Source: Chiloscyllium plagiosum
Lineage: Eukaryota
Length of the DNA: 64,000 bases
Reading direction: 5' to 3'
Assembly (NCBI RefSeq): GCF_004010195.1
Contig: NC_057719.1
Coordinates: 15,456,589-15,520,588 of the forward strand
In this document: positions 37,111 through 49,734 of the stretch, piece after piece
Layout: each line of letters opens with the position of its first letter
Position numbering within the stretch: position 1 is the first letter of the stretch
Notes under the pieces: model-generated
Told to the model about the DNA's origin: nothing
Database searches by the model: none
The model's input: only the letters and a program-made list of their open reading frames with translations
Translations under genes and position numbers: made by a program

Positions 37111-38849
37111 CTATTCAGATTAAGATTCACGTGGAGTTGTTTCACTGATAAACATTAAATCAAAATACTAGAATGTATTGTTTTAATACTTAAAAATAAA
37201 ACAGAATAGTGTTGACGTCATTAACATTGTGGCGGGGGAAAGAACAAAGCATCCGACCTAAACACTTAAATATGTGCACTCTATTTAAAACTACCATATA
37301 TCCCAAAGGAATTATACTTTTACTGTTAATCTAGTGTTTCTAAGTAGAATATTCATGTGCTGTTTGTTCAGATGAAATCTTTTTTTGTTTTCTTTTGAGA
37401 TTTTCCAGTACTACTTCTGGTGTTCAGCTTCTTATGTTGTGGTGTGTTGTTGTGTTTGGTCACTTAAAATTACTGTGATATATATCATTGCATGTAATGG
37501 AGATATGTGCAATGTTGAGGCTCTTTACATTTTTCAAGTTCAGTGGTTTACATATTAAAACTGCAGCACATAGTGCATTGAATATATATTTATTTTAATA
37601 GTTCTGATTTATCCTATTGGGTCTTCTTTCTGTTTGAAATAATTTTCATTTCCATTTAACAGAGCCCTAAAATAGTTCAAAGAAAGCTTGTGAAATCTGC
37701 ATCAAAAGCAGAAATGTACAAAAACCTGTCTAAATCAGTATAAAATATACATTATATAATTTTAAACTAATTATATATGACCTGATGTATAAAATATGTT
37801 TATTATTTCGGAAATGATGTATTAATTTCCATATAACTTATTTTTAATATATTACTATGTATTTAATATTTGTTTGAATAGTGTAATTATATCCTTAATC
37901 TCCAGTAAACACTTTTGAACCTCTCTGGGGCTAAAGTTATCTCATAATTATGTTTGGATGGATTGTTATTGGTAGTATATGGTGAGTATGTAATTGTGGT
38001 AGATGGTTATTGCCATCTGTAAAAACTCTGATTTGAAATATAAAATTTAAATCTTAAAAAGTACTGCAATCCTGCAAGACTAACGATATAAAGTGATATT
38101 CTGGGAAGGTTTCCTTTCATGGAATCTTTTGTTTTGCTACCGAAAGGATTTTGAATTTTCCTGTACAAACTAGGATAGGAACCACTGTGGACTTTGTTCT
38201 AGGATTGCTGGGATGAGGCTACATAGCAAATTATTTGACCCTACCTGTTGCTCAACAGTTAATTTTCGAGAGAAAAACATCTATATTTTGTTAAAACGTT
38301 TATTCGTTCATTAGGTTGGAAAGGTTTGAATATTTTGTTATCTTTTACCTTTAGCAGGCTTGAGGCATATTTCATCGTGAAAGAGCTATGTAATGTCATT
38401 TGATTGTCTTGTATGCTGCTTCATTGCATTTCTGCTGCTAATTGATTCATACACCTATTTGGTTATTTCATTTTTTAAAAATAACACTTCGTTTATATGT
38501 GTAGCTTAGACTAAAACAAAGGATCATCATTCTTTGCTACAGATTTTCTGTTGAAGTTCTTGCATTGTTGTCAAGAATTGCTAAGAGAAAGTTCTGTAAT
38601 TTTATACATTTCTGAGCATTTATTGGTTTTCAGACTTGATATTCATCTTAATTTGTTTATTATTTAAGTTTAACAGTACATAAGACATTAGCATGGTATT
38701 TTGCCAGTTTTATTTAAGAGTAGTAGCATTGAGGAGAAAGTTGGTCCATTACAGTAGATTTTCTTTTAAATTAATTTTATATTTTCATCGAATCACTGTA
38801 GAATATTCCAAAATCAGTCATATGGCTACAAAATGTGTTTGTTGAGAAG

Positions 38850-39540
38850 TCAGTCATCTCAGCTTCAGGACACGTTTGCAAGCATCTTCAGCCCAACTAT
38901 ATTCAACTACTTTATTGATGACCCTCCTTCCATCATGTAGTTGAAAGAGGAGATGTTCACTGATCATAACAAGTTTGTATTTCCTTGAATAATGAATCAG
39001 TTTCTGCTTGTTTGCAACATTACCTGGACAAGCTCCAGGGGCTAAGTTAATAAGTGGCAAGTCGCATTCATTCACAGTAGTGATATTTAGTGGCATGCTA
39101 GGAGTTATCATTAATCAAAAATTTCATTTCATGACTCTGCCTAGCAAGAGTAGCTCAGAGGATAGGAATTTTCTGTTGAGTGACTAATGATCTGCATCTT
39201 CAAATCTTTTTGCCATCTGCAAGGCATAAGTCAGGAGAGTGATGGAATACATTCAGCTTGCATGACTGCAGCAATGACAGGCCTCATGAGACTTGAGCCA
39301 TCCGGGTCAAAGCAGCCTGCCTAGACACTCATCCCCTACATCCCTGTACTGGCAGTGCATTGCGAATGCAAAATGTGCCTTTACAAGGTACAGAAAAGCC
39401 ACTTGTTACTCCAGCAGCCGCACCGCCACTGCCCCCCCCCCCCCCCCCCAATCCCTGTGCCCTCAACCACCTAAAAGTGCAGCAAGCGCATGGGGACACC
39501 TCTAAGTTGACATACAAGTAAGTTGGACTTTGGAGCAATT
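38850..39540. mobile_element. CR1/L2-group LINE fragments
   Basis: gccatctgcaaggcataagtcaggagagtgatggaatac is shared with ~4410 and ~51030. Confidence 0.6.
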
Positions 39541-41149
39541 AAAATGCAGTGATTGAGTTAATGAAACTTGTATAATCCTTGTTCGCAGAGGTAGGCTTGA
39601 TAGGATACTCAAAGCACTTTGTATATTTCTGACCTCTAAGGCATTCCCAATCTTTTTACCCTCACGATTGGTGACCGGTCTTCAGCTATCAATGCTAGAT
39701 TTGGGACTCCTTGCTCATTCCCTTCCTCACTTTCCATTAAACATTATGCTTAACAAATCTTTTGACCAATTTTTCTAATATCTCTTCATGTACCTCAATG
39801 ACAAATATAGCTTTAAAACACCCTTTGATACATCTTCAGATGTTTCATTTTACCAAAGGTGCTTTATTATTGCAAATTGTTTTATACATTGCAACAAAGG
39901 TGGAAAATGTTTTTCAGGAGTTTTTAACTCTGAGTTGATTGTCTGATATCTTCCGTATGCAACAACGCTTTTAAATTTTTTGAGAGGTTGTTAAGGGGAC
40001 ATATTTTGTGACATAATGGTGCCAAGGCAATGCTGCAACTCAGTAGTACCCAGGGAGTTAGTTACAACTGAGTGAAGCTTATTCTCATATGTACACCATA
40101 ATGGAACTCAATATCTTGTGCATCTAGCTCTTCTCATATGCTAAGCTTTTTATGACCTCCAACTTGAGCTAGTACCACAGAAAGAGAGCTAGATTAGTTA
40201 GGCATTTTCTTCATTGCTGGTTGTGTTATCTTGCTTTGAACACAAAGGTTTTATCTGCTTCTATAATTATAATTCATTGTGTGCAAAGTGTTTTCTGTTG
40301 TTTCTGACAAATGTGATGAATCAACATATAAATAGCAATATTTTTCTTTCTCAATTTGATCCTCTTCAGTAAAATTTCATGTCGGTTGAGGTCAACCTAC
40401 AGATGCGCCATGCCACAGTTCAGACTAATCTTTCATTCATTTCTGTAAATTGATGCTTGTCTTTGCATTCACTGGAATTGTAAACAGTGCACTTCAGTCA
40501 TACAATGTGAAATTTTGATCAAAATGTGGCTCTTTAAAATAATTTATAAACATAAATGAAGTGATGTCTGTCATGGTTCTGGAAGTTCTTTTATCTAGGT
40601 TGCTTTATTAAGGTTATATTAACTGCAGCTTTATAATGTAATCTGAGTTTTTGGATAGGCATAACCACATCTGTTTACTGACCTTGAAAATTTCTCAGCC
40701 ATTCCAAATTGACACTCTCAGAACTCCATGATGTTATATACTTTAATATTTTATATTGGTCCCTTCATTATTTTTTGTTTAAAGTTGAGTGCAATATTTG
40801 GATCGCCATACCTCTCTGGGTATTTCATTTGTCAAGGAAACTTAAATTCAATTCCATATCAAATCAGCATTCACTACTGATGAAATAGCACCATCAATCA
40901 GATTCAGAATTTGAGACTGAGATGTAATGTGTAGCATCTTTTACACACTTATATTTAAATGTGTACTTTCTCAGCTTTTTACTTGGACAAAATTTAGTTC
41001 AGGTGAGTCTTCCTAAGAAAAATGGCTAAAATTGAAGACAGTGAAGAAATCCAGTGTCTTGGCTTCACTCTTTAGGGTACTGGAGGTACTCAGTTAATGA
41101 CATTGAATGTAGTCTAGTTTACATCTTCATGAAATTCTTGGAATTTGCT

Positions 41150-41480
41150 CAGTTCCACTCAAAGACTTGAATACAGAAGATAAAGACTGACACTCCAGTG
41201 CAGTATGGAGGCAGTGGTATACTAATGGAGTTGCTATCTTTCAGGAGATATGTTAAATTAAGGCCCCATTGAGCTGATTGGGTGGATATAAAAATATGCC
41301 TGACACTATTTTGAAGTACAAGTGAGTTATCCCGGTGTCTTACCTCATATTTCTGTTTCAAAACGGTAGATTGATTATTATCACTTTGTTTGTAGGAGTA
41401 TTAGTTGCCACCTTTACTCAATCGCAACATTCACTGCATTTCAAAAGTGTTTCAGTAGTTCCAAATTGCATACAAATCTT
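41150..41480 (+). mobile_element. Deu-domain SINE (SacSINE1/AmnSINE1-like)
   Basis: ctgacactccagtgcagta..gttaaattaaggcccc..ggtggatataaaaat..cactattttgaag..cccggtgtc resembles the recalled Deu-domain consensus. Confidence 0.7.
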
Positions 41481-41515
41481 TGTTCTTCTGTGGTGACAGT
41501 TGAAGCTGTAGTGAT

Positions 41516-43270
41516 TGTAACGAGGTCAGCCAGGTGGACCTCAGAATATGAGTTCCCTGATTGGGGTTGTTAATCTGGTCCAATCAGGGAGCTTTGTCTG
41601 ACAAAAATAAACAGCAGTGTCACAGTTTCTGTTCAGTCTAAGTGCTGGCTCTGAGGGAGCTGGATAGTGTCAAGGACTATGCACATTTAAATAGAGAGTG
41701 ATTTGCTGATAGGATACTGTCCTCTGTGAAGTTATATCAGTGGAGATGAGAGAAAATTGCTTGACACAGTCATTCTGAACTGGGGTAAGTATTTCTGGAG
41801 TCATGCCATTATTTGGGAAGCTTGACTCATTGAATCCTGCTGTCAAAGACTCTCTTCAGCATATGGAAAGAGTGCATTATTTTTTCTGGGCAAATAACTC
41901 TGGGTAGATAAAAAGGAGCAAGTAATTCTCCTGACAGTTTATGGACCTGCAGCTTTTTCAGTTATTAAGATCCTAAGTTTTCATGAGGCATCAGATACCA
42001 GACCTTTCAAGAGTTGACTGATTTAGTTAAGGAATATTCCAACCCCTGGCCTCCTTTAATTCTTAGACGCTTTCGGTTTTATTCAGCAGTTTGAGAACCA
42101 GAGGAATCCATGTCGGGATTTTTGATGAGGTTAAGATGATTGTCAGAGGCATGTGACTTTGTTTTAACCCTCAATGAGCTGCTGAGAGACCATTGATATG
42201 TGTGATTAATGATCTAACCATGCTGAAGCGCTTACAAGCTGAAGCCTAATTGGACTTTAAACAGGCACTACAACTGACGTTATCAATAGAAAATGCTGCA
42301 ACTGGAGCATATGAGTTAAAGATATGCCAATGGAAGTGGAAACCCTTGCCAGGCTGATGGAGCTTTCTGGACTCCACTTGAGTGAAGGCAATTGCATAGC
42401 TCACTCAGGACATATCCTGAACAGGGGGGGCTGTAGGTCAACCCACAACAGAACCAGCCAAGCAGTTAATATGTTCTTCAGGATCCTGGTTGGCAAGCTA
42501 ATTTAGTTGCTACCAGTATGTAGCCTTGAAAAGGCAAGAAAGTCTGGTTCTGACAAAACTGAAACAGTGTTGCAGGAAGCAAAGGGGCTATCGCAGCTAG
42601 AATTGAAACCCATCTGGACCCAGTGAAACCAGATCTCAGTAGAGGACAGCATTTTATTATGGGAAGCAAAGATGATGGTCCCGAGCAAAGGTCGTGCCAG
42701 ATACTGGCTGAATGCCTCCAGGTTATCGAGAGGTGTCAAAAATGAAAATGTAGGGAAGAGGTTAAGACTGGTGGGCAGGATTAAACGCTGACATAGCCAT
42801 ATTGGTGGGGCAGTGCCCAGCATGCCCACAAGGACAAAAATTACTGCCAGCAGTTCCCCCACATTTGTGGGAATGACCAGTTTAACGCTGAATCTGGTCA
42901 CACATTTCCTCTGCCTTTGTAGCCTTCATGGGTTCAACGTTCTTCGTTATTGTGACCCCCACTTAGTGGTTGGACGTGCGGTAGAGTTCATTTGTCAAAC
43001 GGGGATGACGATAGAAAATCTGTGAGCATCTTTTACCATACACAGCCTCCCAGAAGTGTTGGTCAGAAACATTGGGCCATCATTTACCAGTGGGGAATTT
43101 GAGTATTTCCTAAAGTCAAATGGCATTCATCATATGAGGACAGCTGCATACTATCTATCGTACAATGGTTTGATGGAAAGAGCAGTCCAAACTTTCAGGG
43201 CAAGCCTAAAAAACAGCCTCCGGCTTCACTTGATAGAAAACTGTCCTAGTTCCTATTTGATTATTGGAAT
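41516..43270 (+). mobile_element. Second Gypsy element (Mag-like), degenerate: LTR 41516-41739, PBS, gag, integrase remnant; RT absent
   Basis: TG..CA LTR followed by TGGAGATGAG (decayed TGGCGACGAG, tRNA-Ser-type PBS); MPLFGKLDSLNP gag start; NIGPSFTSGEFEYFLKSNGIHH..NGLMERAVQTF integrase core. Confidence 0.8.
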
Positions 43271-44374
43271 TATTTTAGGAGGAATGGTAAACGAGACAAA
43301 CGTCAAATATAAAAAGCCAATTTAGCATTCATTTTAGGGCAAGTATTGACTGGGTCTCTGAAGGAACAAACAGTAAGCTGACTGGAATAAAACAAAACTT
43401 TGAGAAGAAACTAGTTTTGCTGGGAGGAAAGATCGTGCATGATTCATCTCATGGACTTCTTTCCATGCAACCAAAGGGCTGGTGGATGTTTTGCTCATGA
43501 AAATTCATCAGACAGGAATGTGTTCTCATGATTGGAAGGAATGGACCTGATTGGGATTTAGCAGGAGTTATAGAGCAGTTTCAAATCAGGGTATGTTTTC
43601 ACTGGAGATGTGACTAAGCAAGTACTGGAGACTCCACACGTACAGGTGAGATAAACATTCATATAGACTCAACAAGTTAGGCAGAGCCTCAACTTGGTGA
43701 GGGATGATATTGAGAATGCTTCAGAATTAATTAGGTGATAATGCATGGAATTGACAAACTTTTAGAGGAACTTAAGGATGAATATCAATGAATTTAGAGA
43801 TTGTTGGATTAATATGTGGTGAAAGAGTATGACTGACAGGTACAACATGTATTATGGAATAGGCCATGACACAAACCACATGTACTGCAGTGATCTTTAC
43901 TGGTCTTAGACATTCCTATTTTCTTAAGCTAGTTGTATATCACATTACAAGTGTTCAGATATGCAGCTGACATTCTTTCCACTGGTGAATGGTCTTCTTG
44001 CATAGCACCAGATCTTCCTGGCTTTGGTTTCCTAGAATTTTTGATTTTAGAATTTCAAGAACTAATAACAAATCACATTTGTCATCCAAGTGGTGCCATG
44101 CTCATCTGAATGTTTCAAAACAAAGAAAATGATACAACATTCAGTTTGGCTCAGTAATGTGGTGGAGTTGATTTTAAAAGTTGAGCATGTTTATTCGGTT
44201 TTTTTCCTTCTCTTTTGAGTCTTTTATTGATATTGAAATAAATAGCAAATTCATTATTTTCTGTGGTTTGATTTGGTTTTGTTAATTTGAAATGAAGAAG
44301 GGAAACCCTGATCTTGTAGTTTTATCTTGATAGCATCATAACAGTTAATGTATCATCAAAGCAAAGTTTTTGAC

Positions 44375-44685
44375 TAGATTAGACTAGATTCCCTACAGTG
44401 CGGTAACAGGCCCTTTAGCCTGACCAGTCCACACCGACCCTTCGAAGAGTAACCCACCCAGACCCATTTCCCTCTGACTAATGCATCTAGCACTATCGGC
44501 AATTTAGCATGGCCAATTCACCTAACCTGCACATCTTTGGACTGTGGGAGGAAACCGGAGCACCTGGAGGAAACCCACACAGACACTGGGAGAAAGTGCA
44601 AACTCTATGTAGACAGTCACCCAAGGCTGAATCGAACCTGGGACCCTGGTGCTGTGAGGCAGCAGTGCTAACCACTGAGCCACTG
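44375..44685 (-). mobile_element. HE1-like tRNA-derived SINE
   Basis: Minus strand gtggctcagtggttagcactgctgcctcacagcaccagggtcccaggttcgattc (A/B boxes). Confidence 0.9.
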
Positions 44686-44799
44686 TTTTATTGTTTTTGA
44701 TAAATGGTTATTTCAATCCAACTATATTTTCTACTTAACTGTAAAAGCAAAAAGCTTATTTTACTTGATTCAGAAATACTGATCATACATTTGAAATGT

Positions 44800-45880
44800 A
44801 GAAAGTAAGAGTGGGGCATGCCATTTGGCCTTCTGAGCCTGCTCCATCATTCAGTGTGATCATGGCTGATCATCCAACTTAATACCCTGTTCCTGCTTTC
44901 TCCCCAGGCCCTTAGAACTCTTTCACCCTAAGAACAATACCTAACTCCTTGAAAACACTTTCTGTGGCAGAGAATTCCATTAGCTCATCAGTCTCTCATT
45001 GAGATGAGGAGAAATTTCTTCAATATCAGATGGCTTACCCCATTTCATTAAACCGTGACACTTGGTTCTCCCATTCATCAGGAACATTCTTCCTGCGTTT
45101 ATCCAGTTTATTCCTTTCAGAATTTTATATGTTTGTATGAACCCCATCCCATTCCTCTAAACTTCAGTGAAGTTAATCTTAACCAATTCAATCTAGTTCA
45201 ATCTAGTAAATGCTGAGAGGATGTTTCCCTTCATGGGAGAGTCGAACCAGTGAGCTTGGTCTCTGAATAAAGGAGTGCCAATTTAAGAAAGAGATGAGGA
45301 CAAATTTCTTCTCTCGAAGGGTTGAAAGCTTTGGAACGTCTTACCACAGAGCGCTGTGGTAGCAAAATCCTTGTGTGTATTTAAGGCTCAGATAGATTCT
45401 TGATCCGTAGGGGATCAAGGGTTTTGGCAAATACAGGAAATTGGCTGTGACCTATTTCAGATCATCCATAATCCTATTGAATGATGGAGCAGGCTCGATG
45501 GACTGAACAGTAAACTCCTGTTGTTATTTCTCATGGTCATTAATCTTTCTTTATACATCAGTCCTGCCTTTGGAGGACTGGTAAACTATCATTGCACTTA
45601 TGGTACATTGAATATTGAGCAGTACAGCCCAGGAACTGACCCTTTGGACCACTATGTCTGCATGGACTGTGAAGCAGTTCTAAGGTAATCCCGTTTGCCT
45701 GCACAAGGTTCATGCCCCTTATTGCCTGCCTATTCATGTCCATCTAAATGCCTCTTAAATATTGCTATTGTCTCTGCTTCTAACGCCTCCCCGGGTAACG
45801 ATTCCAGGAACCCACCACCTCTGTGTAAAAATAGCTTGCCTCACACATCTTTTATCTCAACATTTTCCTTCTCACCTTAG
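44800..45880. mobile_element. CR1 3' tails in alternating orientation (- ~44800-45190, + ~45205-45540, - ~45600-45880)
   Basis: Typical tails, e.g. aatgatggagcaggctcgatgggactgaa. Confidence 0.75.
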
Positions 45881-46687
45881 TGAGAGGCTTACCAGTCAGC
45901 TTCACATGGTGGGAATAGAACCAATAAATCTTTCTTTTTCAATTTTAAAAGTTGAAAATTCAGTTGTCTAGTGAAAAGGCTAACAAAAACAAATTGTTGG
46001 AAGAAGGGTCAGTAGGCCCGAAATATCAACTCTACTTTCTCTCCACAGATGATGCCAGACTTCCTGAGTTTTTCTAGCAGTTTCTGTAATTGTTTATGAT
46101 TTCCAGCATCCTTAGTACTTTGGCTTTTTGAGAAAGTAAGGAAGGTCTGATGCGGGAACAGTAATCAGTCAACCATGTAAAGCCGGATTTGGGCCTTAAT
46201 AGGTTTTAAATGCTATTGAAGTCAAAGTAATGTGAGCCATCTCAGCTCACCTCAGCTGTATTTAAGAAAGGACCTTTTGATCGCGCACCATCATTAAGCT
46301 ATAAACGGTCAGGAATGAAAGATCATATCTGCAGTGAGATGTAGTCTGACTGAGTTTATAGTTCAGGGAATTGGGTGCAGAGGAGAAGGGGCTTTTTTTT
46401 TTAGCTCATATTTTATAAGGTTTTTGTAACAGGAGAAATTGAAACCCAGGATCAGGGACTTAGCACAAAAGAGTGATATCACAGGTAAACGGTAAGTTCA
46501 TTGGTTGGTGATAGCTACAAACTGGACTATCTATTATAGGTTACGTTCAAATTGAAGGCAATTAGGGGAAGTATTTACAGGGTACAAATGAAAAGCCAGT
46601 GTAACATTTTTAAAAATCAAGAACATAGTAATCAAAATAGAGATGCCAGGCCAGGTGATACATTGTAATTGCATGATGTGGGAGCTC

Positions 46688-47250
46688 AGAGTGGAGAGTG
46701 TGGTGCTGGAAAATCACAGCAGGTCAGGCAGCAACCGAGGAGCAAGAAAATCGACGTTTGGGGCATAATTCCTTCATTGGAAATGAGGCTTGTGGGCTGG
46801 GGGCACTGAGAGATAAATGGGAGGGGGAGGGGGAGGGGGTGGGGCTGGGGCTGGGGCTGGAGAAAGATAGCTGGGAATGTGATAGGTAGATGAAGGTGCA
46901 GGTGGAAGTGATAGGTCGGAGGAGAGAATGGAGCAGATGGGGGGAAAGGAAGGAAGATGGACAGGTAGGACTGGTCAAGGGGGTGCTGCCGAGTTGGAGA
47001 CTTGGAACTAAGATTAGGATAAGGTTGGGGGAGGGAGAATGCGAAAACTGATTAAATCCACATTGATCCCATGTGGTTGCAGGGTCCCAAGGTGGAAGAT
47101 GAGGTGTTCTTCCTATAGGCTTCGAGTGGTAAGGGTTTGGCGATGGAGGAGGCCCAGGAGCTGCATGTCCTTGGTGGAGTGGGAGTTAAAATGTTCAGCC
47201 ACAGGGCAGTGGGGTTGGTTGGAGTGGGTGTCGCAGAGATGTTCTCTGAA
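46688..47250 (-). mobile_element. Penelope-like element 3' fragment (GIY-YIG C-terminus + pseudo-LTR)
   Basis: FREHLCDTHSNQPHCPVAEHFNS; atcttccaccttgggaccctgcaaccacatgggatcaat (IFHLGTLQPHGIN). Confidence 0.8.
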
Positions 47251-47531
47251 ATGATCCTCATTATGGTTCATAGTGACCATCTCTGTCCCAAGTATCGGTT
47301 GCTTGAGGAACTTCACCTCAGAGCTGATGAGCAGGAGTCTGAGCTTGGAACACTGCAACACTTCAGGGAGAGGGAGAGTTACCTGGTTGCTGTGTTTTAG
47401 TGGTCAGTCACACCCCTAGATTAAATACCTTTAATTTGGTCCATGGTCAGGGACAGGAGGGTATTGACTGCCAGTGAGACAAGTAGAGGGATTGATTAGT
47501 AGTGCTGAAGGAGCCTCAGCATTTGAACTTA

Positions 47532-47840
47532 ATCATAGAATCCCTACAGTGTGGAAGCAAGCCGTTTGACCCAACAAGTCCATAACGTCCCTCTGAAGAG
47601 CACCCTACCCAGACCCATCCCCCAACCCCGTCCTTGTAACCCTGCAATTCCCATGGCTATTCTACCTAGCCTGCACAACCCTCGACACCACAGGGTAATT
47701 TAGTATGGCCAGACACGTAACTGCAAATCTTTGGACTGTGGGAGCAAACTGAAGCACCTGGAAGAAACCACGGACACTCCATACAGACAATCGCCCAGGG
47801 ATAGAATCGAAGCCAGGCAGCAGTGCTAACCACGAGCCAC
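47532..47840 (-). mobile_element. HE1-like SINE
   Basis: Minus strand gtggctcgtggttagcactgctgcc head; catagaatccctacagtgtgg tail. Confidence 0.85.
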
Positions 47841-48339
47841 TTGCCCAACAGGTTTGAAATTTGTGTTTGCTGTGTGAATGAGAGTGGGGACTGTAGAGAC
47901 AATGAGCAAACTGACCATAGCACTGTGGTATAGGGAGCCATTCAAGAGGGGAACAAAAGAGAATGTAGTTATAATCAGGGATAATATAGTCAGGAAAATA
48001 GACACTGTTCCCTGTGGCCAGGATTGAGAGTCCTGAAGGCTGTGTTGCCTGACTGGGTTCAGGATATCTCACCCAGGCTGCAGAGGAACTTGAAGCAGAA
48101 GGGAGAGACCCAGTTGTTGTCGTCCACATAGATACCAGTGATATAGGTAGATGGAACAAAGATTATTGGAAGGGAATATGAGCAACTAGGAGCTATATTA
48201 GAAAGCAGAACCAAAATGATAATCTCTCGATAACAACCTGAACCATGAGCATTTTGGCACAGTATCAATAAGATTAAAGAGGTAAATATGTGGCTGAGAG
48301 GTTGGCATGGAAGAAATGGGTTCAAATTTATGAGACCTT

Positions 48340-49036
48340 AAAAATGTGTTGCTGGAAAAGCGCAGCAGGTCAGGCAGCATCAAAGGAACAGGAGAATCGA
48401 CGTTTCGGGCATAAGCTCTTCTTCAGGAATGACGAGGGTGTGCCAAGCAGGCTAAGATAAAAGGTAGGGAGGAGGGACTTGGGGGAGGGACGTTGGGAAT
48501 ACGATAGGTGGAAGGAGGTTAAGGTGAGGGTGATAGGCCGGAGAGGGAGTGGGGGCGGAGAGGTCGGGAAGAAGATTGCAGCCAACCGCCCCGTGGCTGC
48601 ACACTTTAACTCCCCCTCCCACTCCTCCAAGGACATGCAGGCCCTTGGACTCCTCCATTGCCAGACCATGGCAACACGACGCCTCATCTTCCGCCTAGGA
48701 ACCCTCCAACCACAAGGGATGAATGCAGATTTCTCCAGCTTTCTCATTTCCCCTACCCCCACTTTTTTTCAATCCCAACCCTCAGACTCAGCACCGCCTT
48801 CTTGACCTGCAATCTTCTTCCCGAACTCTCCCCCCCCATCCCCTCTCCGGCCTATCACCCTCACCTTAACCTCCTTCCACCTATCGTATTCCCAACGTCC
48901 CTCCTCCCTACCTTTTATCTTAGCCTGCTTGGCACACCCTCCTCATTCCTGAAGAAGGGCTTATGCCCGAAATGTCGATTCTCCTGTTCCTTTGATGCTG
49001 CCTGACCTGCTGCACTTTTCCAGCAACACATTTTTC
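48340..49036 (+). mobile_element. Penelope-like element with ~230-bp inverted terminal repeats
   Basis: 48340-48580 is the reverse complement of ~48808-49036; the centre encodes PVAAHFNSPSHS..RLIFRLGTLQPQGMNADFS. Confidence 0.88.
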
Positions 49037-49628
49037 AGGGGGGGGAGAGGAAACCTTTAAAGAGGGAGAGCTTTCACAAAGCTTATTAAAGTTTCCAGAA
49101 CAAATAATAGGACAGAGACTATGGAAAGGGCCAGGAATCTAACTTCAGGCACAGCAGATTAGTCGACAACTATGAGAAGGGGGGGTGCAGTCAAAACAGA
49201 ACTTAGGGTGTTGTGCTTAAATGCATGCAGTATATGAAACGAGGTAAATGAGCATTTCAGTGTCACAGAGACATGGATGCAAGAGAACAGGGAAGTAAAT
49301 ATCCTAAAATGCATGACCTATTGAAAGGAGGAGCAGAGGGGCAGGATTGCCTTGTTAATAAAAGAAATTAAATCCATAGCTAGTCGTAATGCAGAGTTGA
49401 AGGTGTGGAATGTATGTGGGTAGAACTGATGAACTGCAAAGGAAAGAAGATCCTAATGGGAATTGTGTGCAGGCCCCATAGTCAGCTTGTGAAGACGAAA
49501 ATAGATCAGGAGATAGAAAAACCATGTAAGAAAGACATTATTACAGTAATCATGGGGGACTTCAATATACAAGTGGATTGAGAAAATCAGATTTGTAGTG
49601 GGTTGCAAGATAATGCTTTAATGCAAAA

Positions 49629-49722
49629 GGGCAGCACGGTGGCTCAGTGGTTAATACTGCTGCCTCACATTGCCAGGGACCCGGGTTCGATTGCAGCCAC
49701 AAGCACCTGTCTGTGCGGAGTT
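49629..49722 (+). mobile_element. SINE 5' tRNA-like head fragment
   Basis: gggcagcacggtggctcagtggttaatactgctgcctcacattgccagggacccgggttcgattgc. Confidence 0.85.
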
Positions 49723-49734
49723 GTTTAATTGGAT

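Larger units (their letters stand above)
46640..49620 (+). mobile_element. Degenerate CR1 5' region (ORF1 + endonuclease), homologous to 1-1700, with three nested insertions
   Basis: MPGQVIHCNCMMWEL (~46643); HSDHLCPKYRLLEELHLR (~47265); gacccagttgttgtcgtccacata (DPVVVVHI); catgggggacttcaat (MGDFN). Confidence 0.85.

Noticed and set aside
49629..49700. tRNA gene
   Set aside because: It is a SINE head with A/B boxes that continues into SINE body sequence; related copies lie at 32.5, 44.6 and 47.8 kb.
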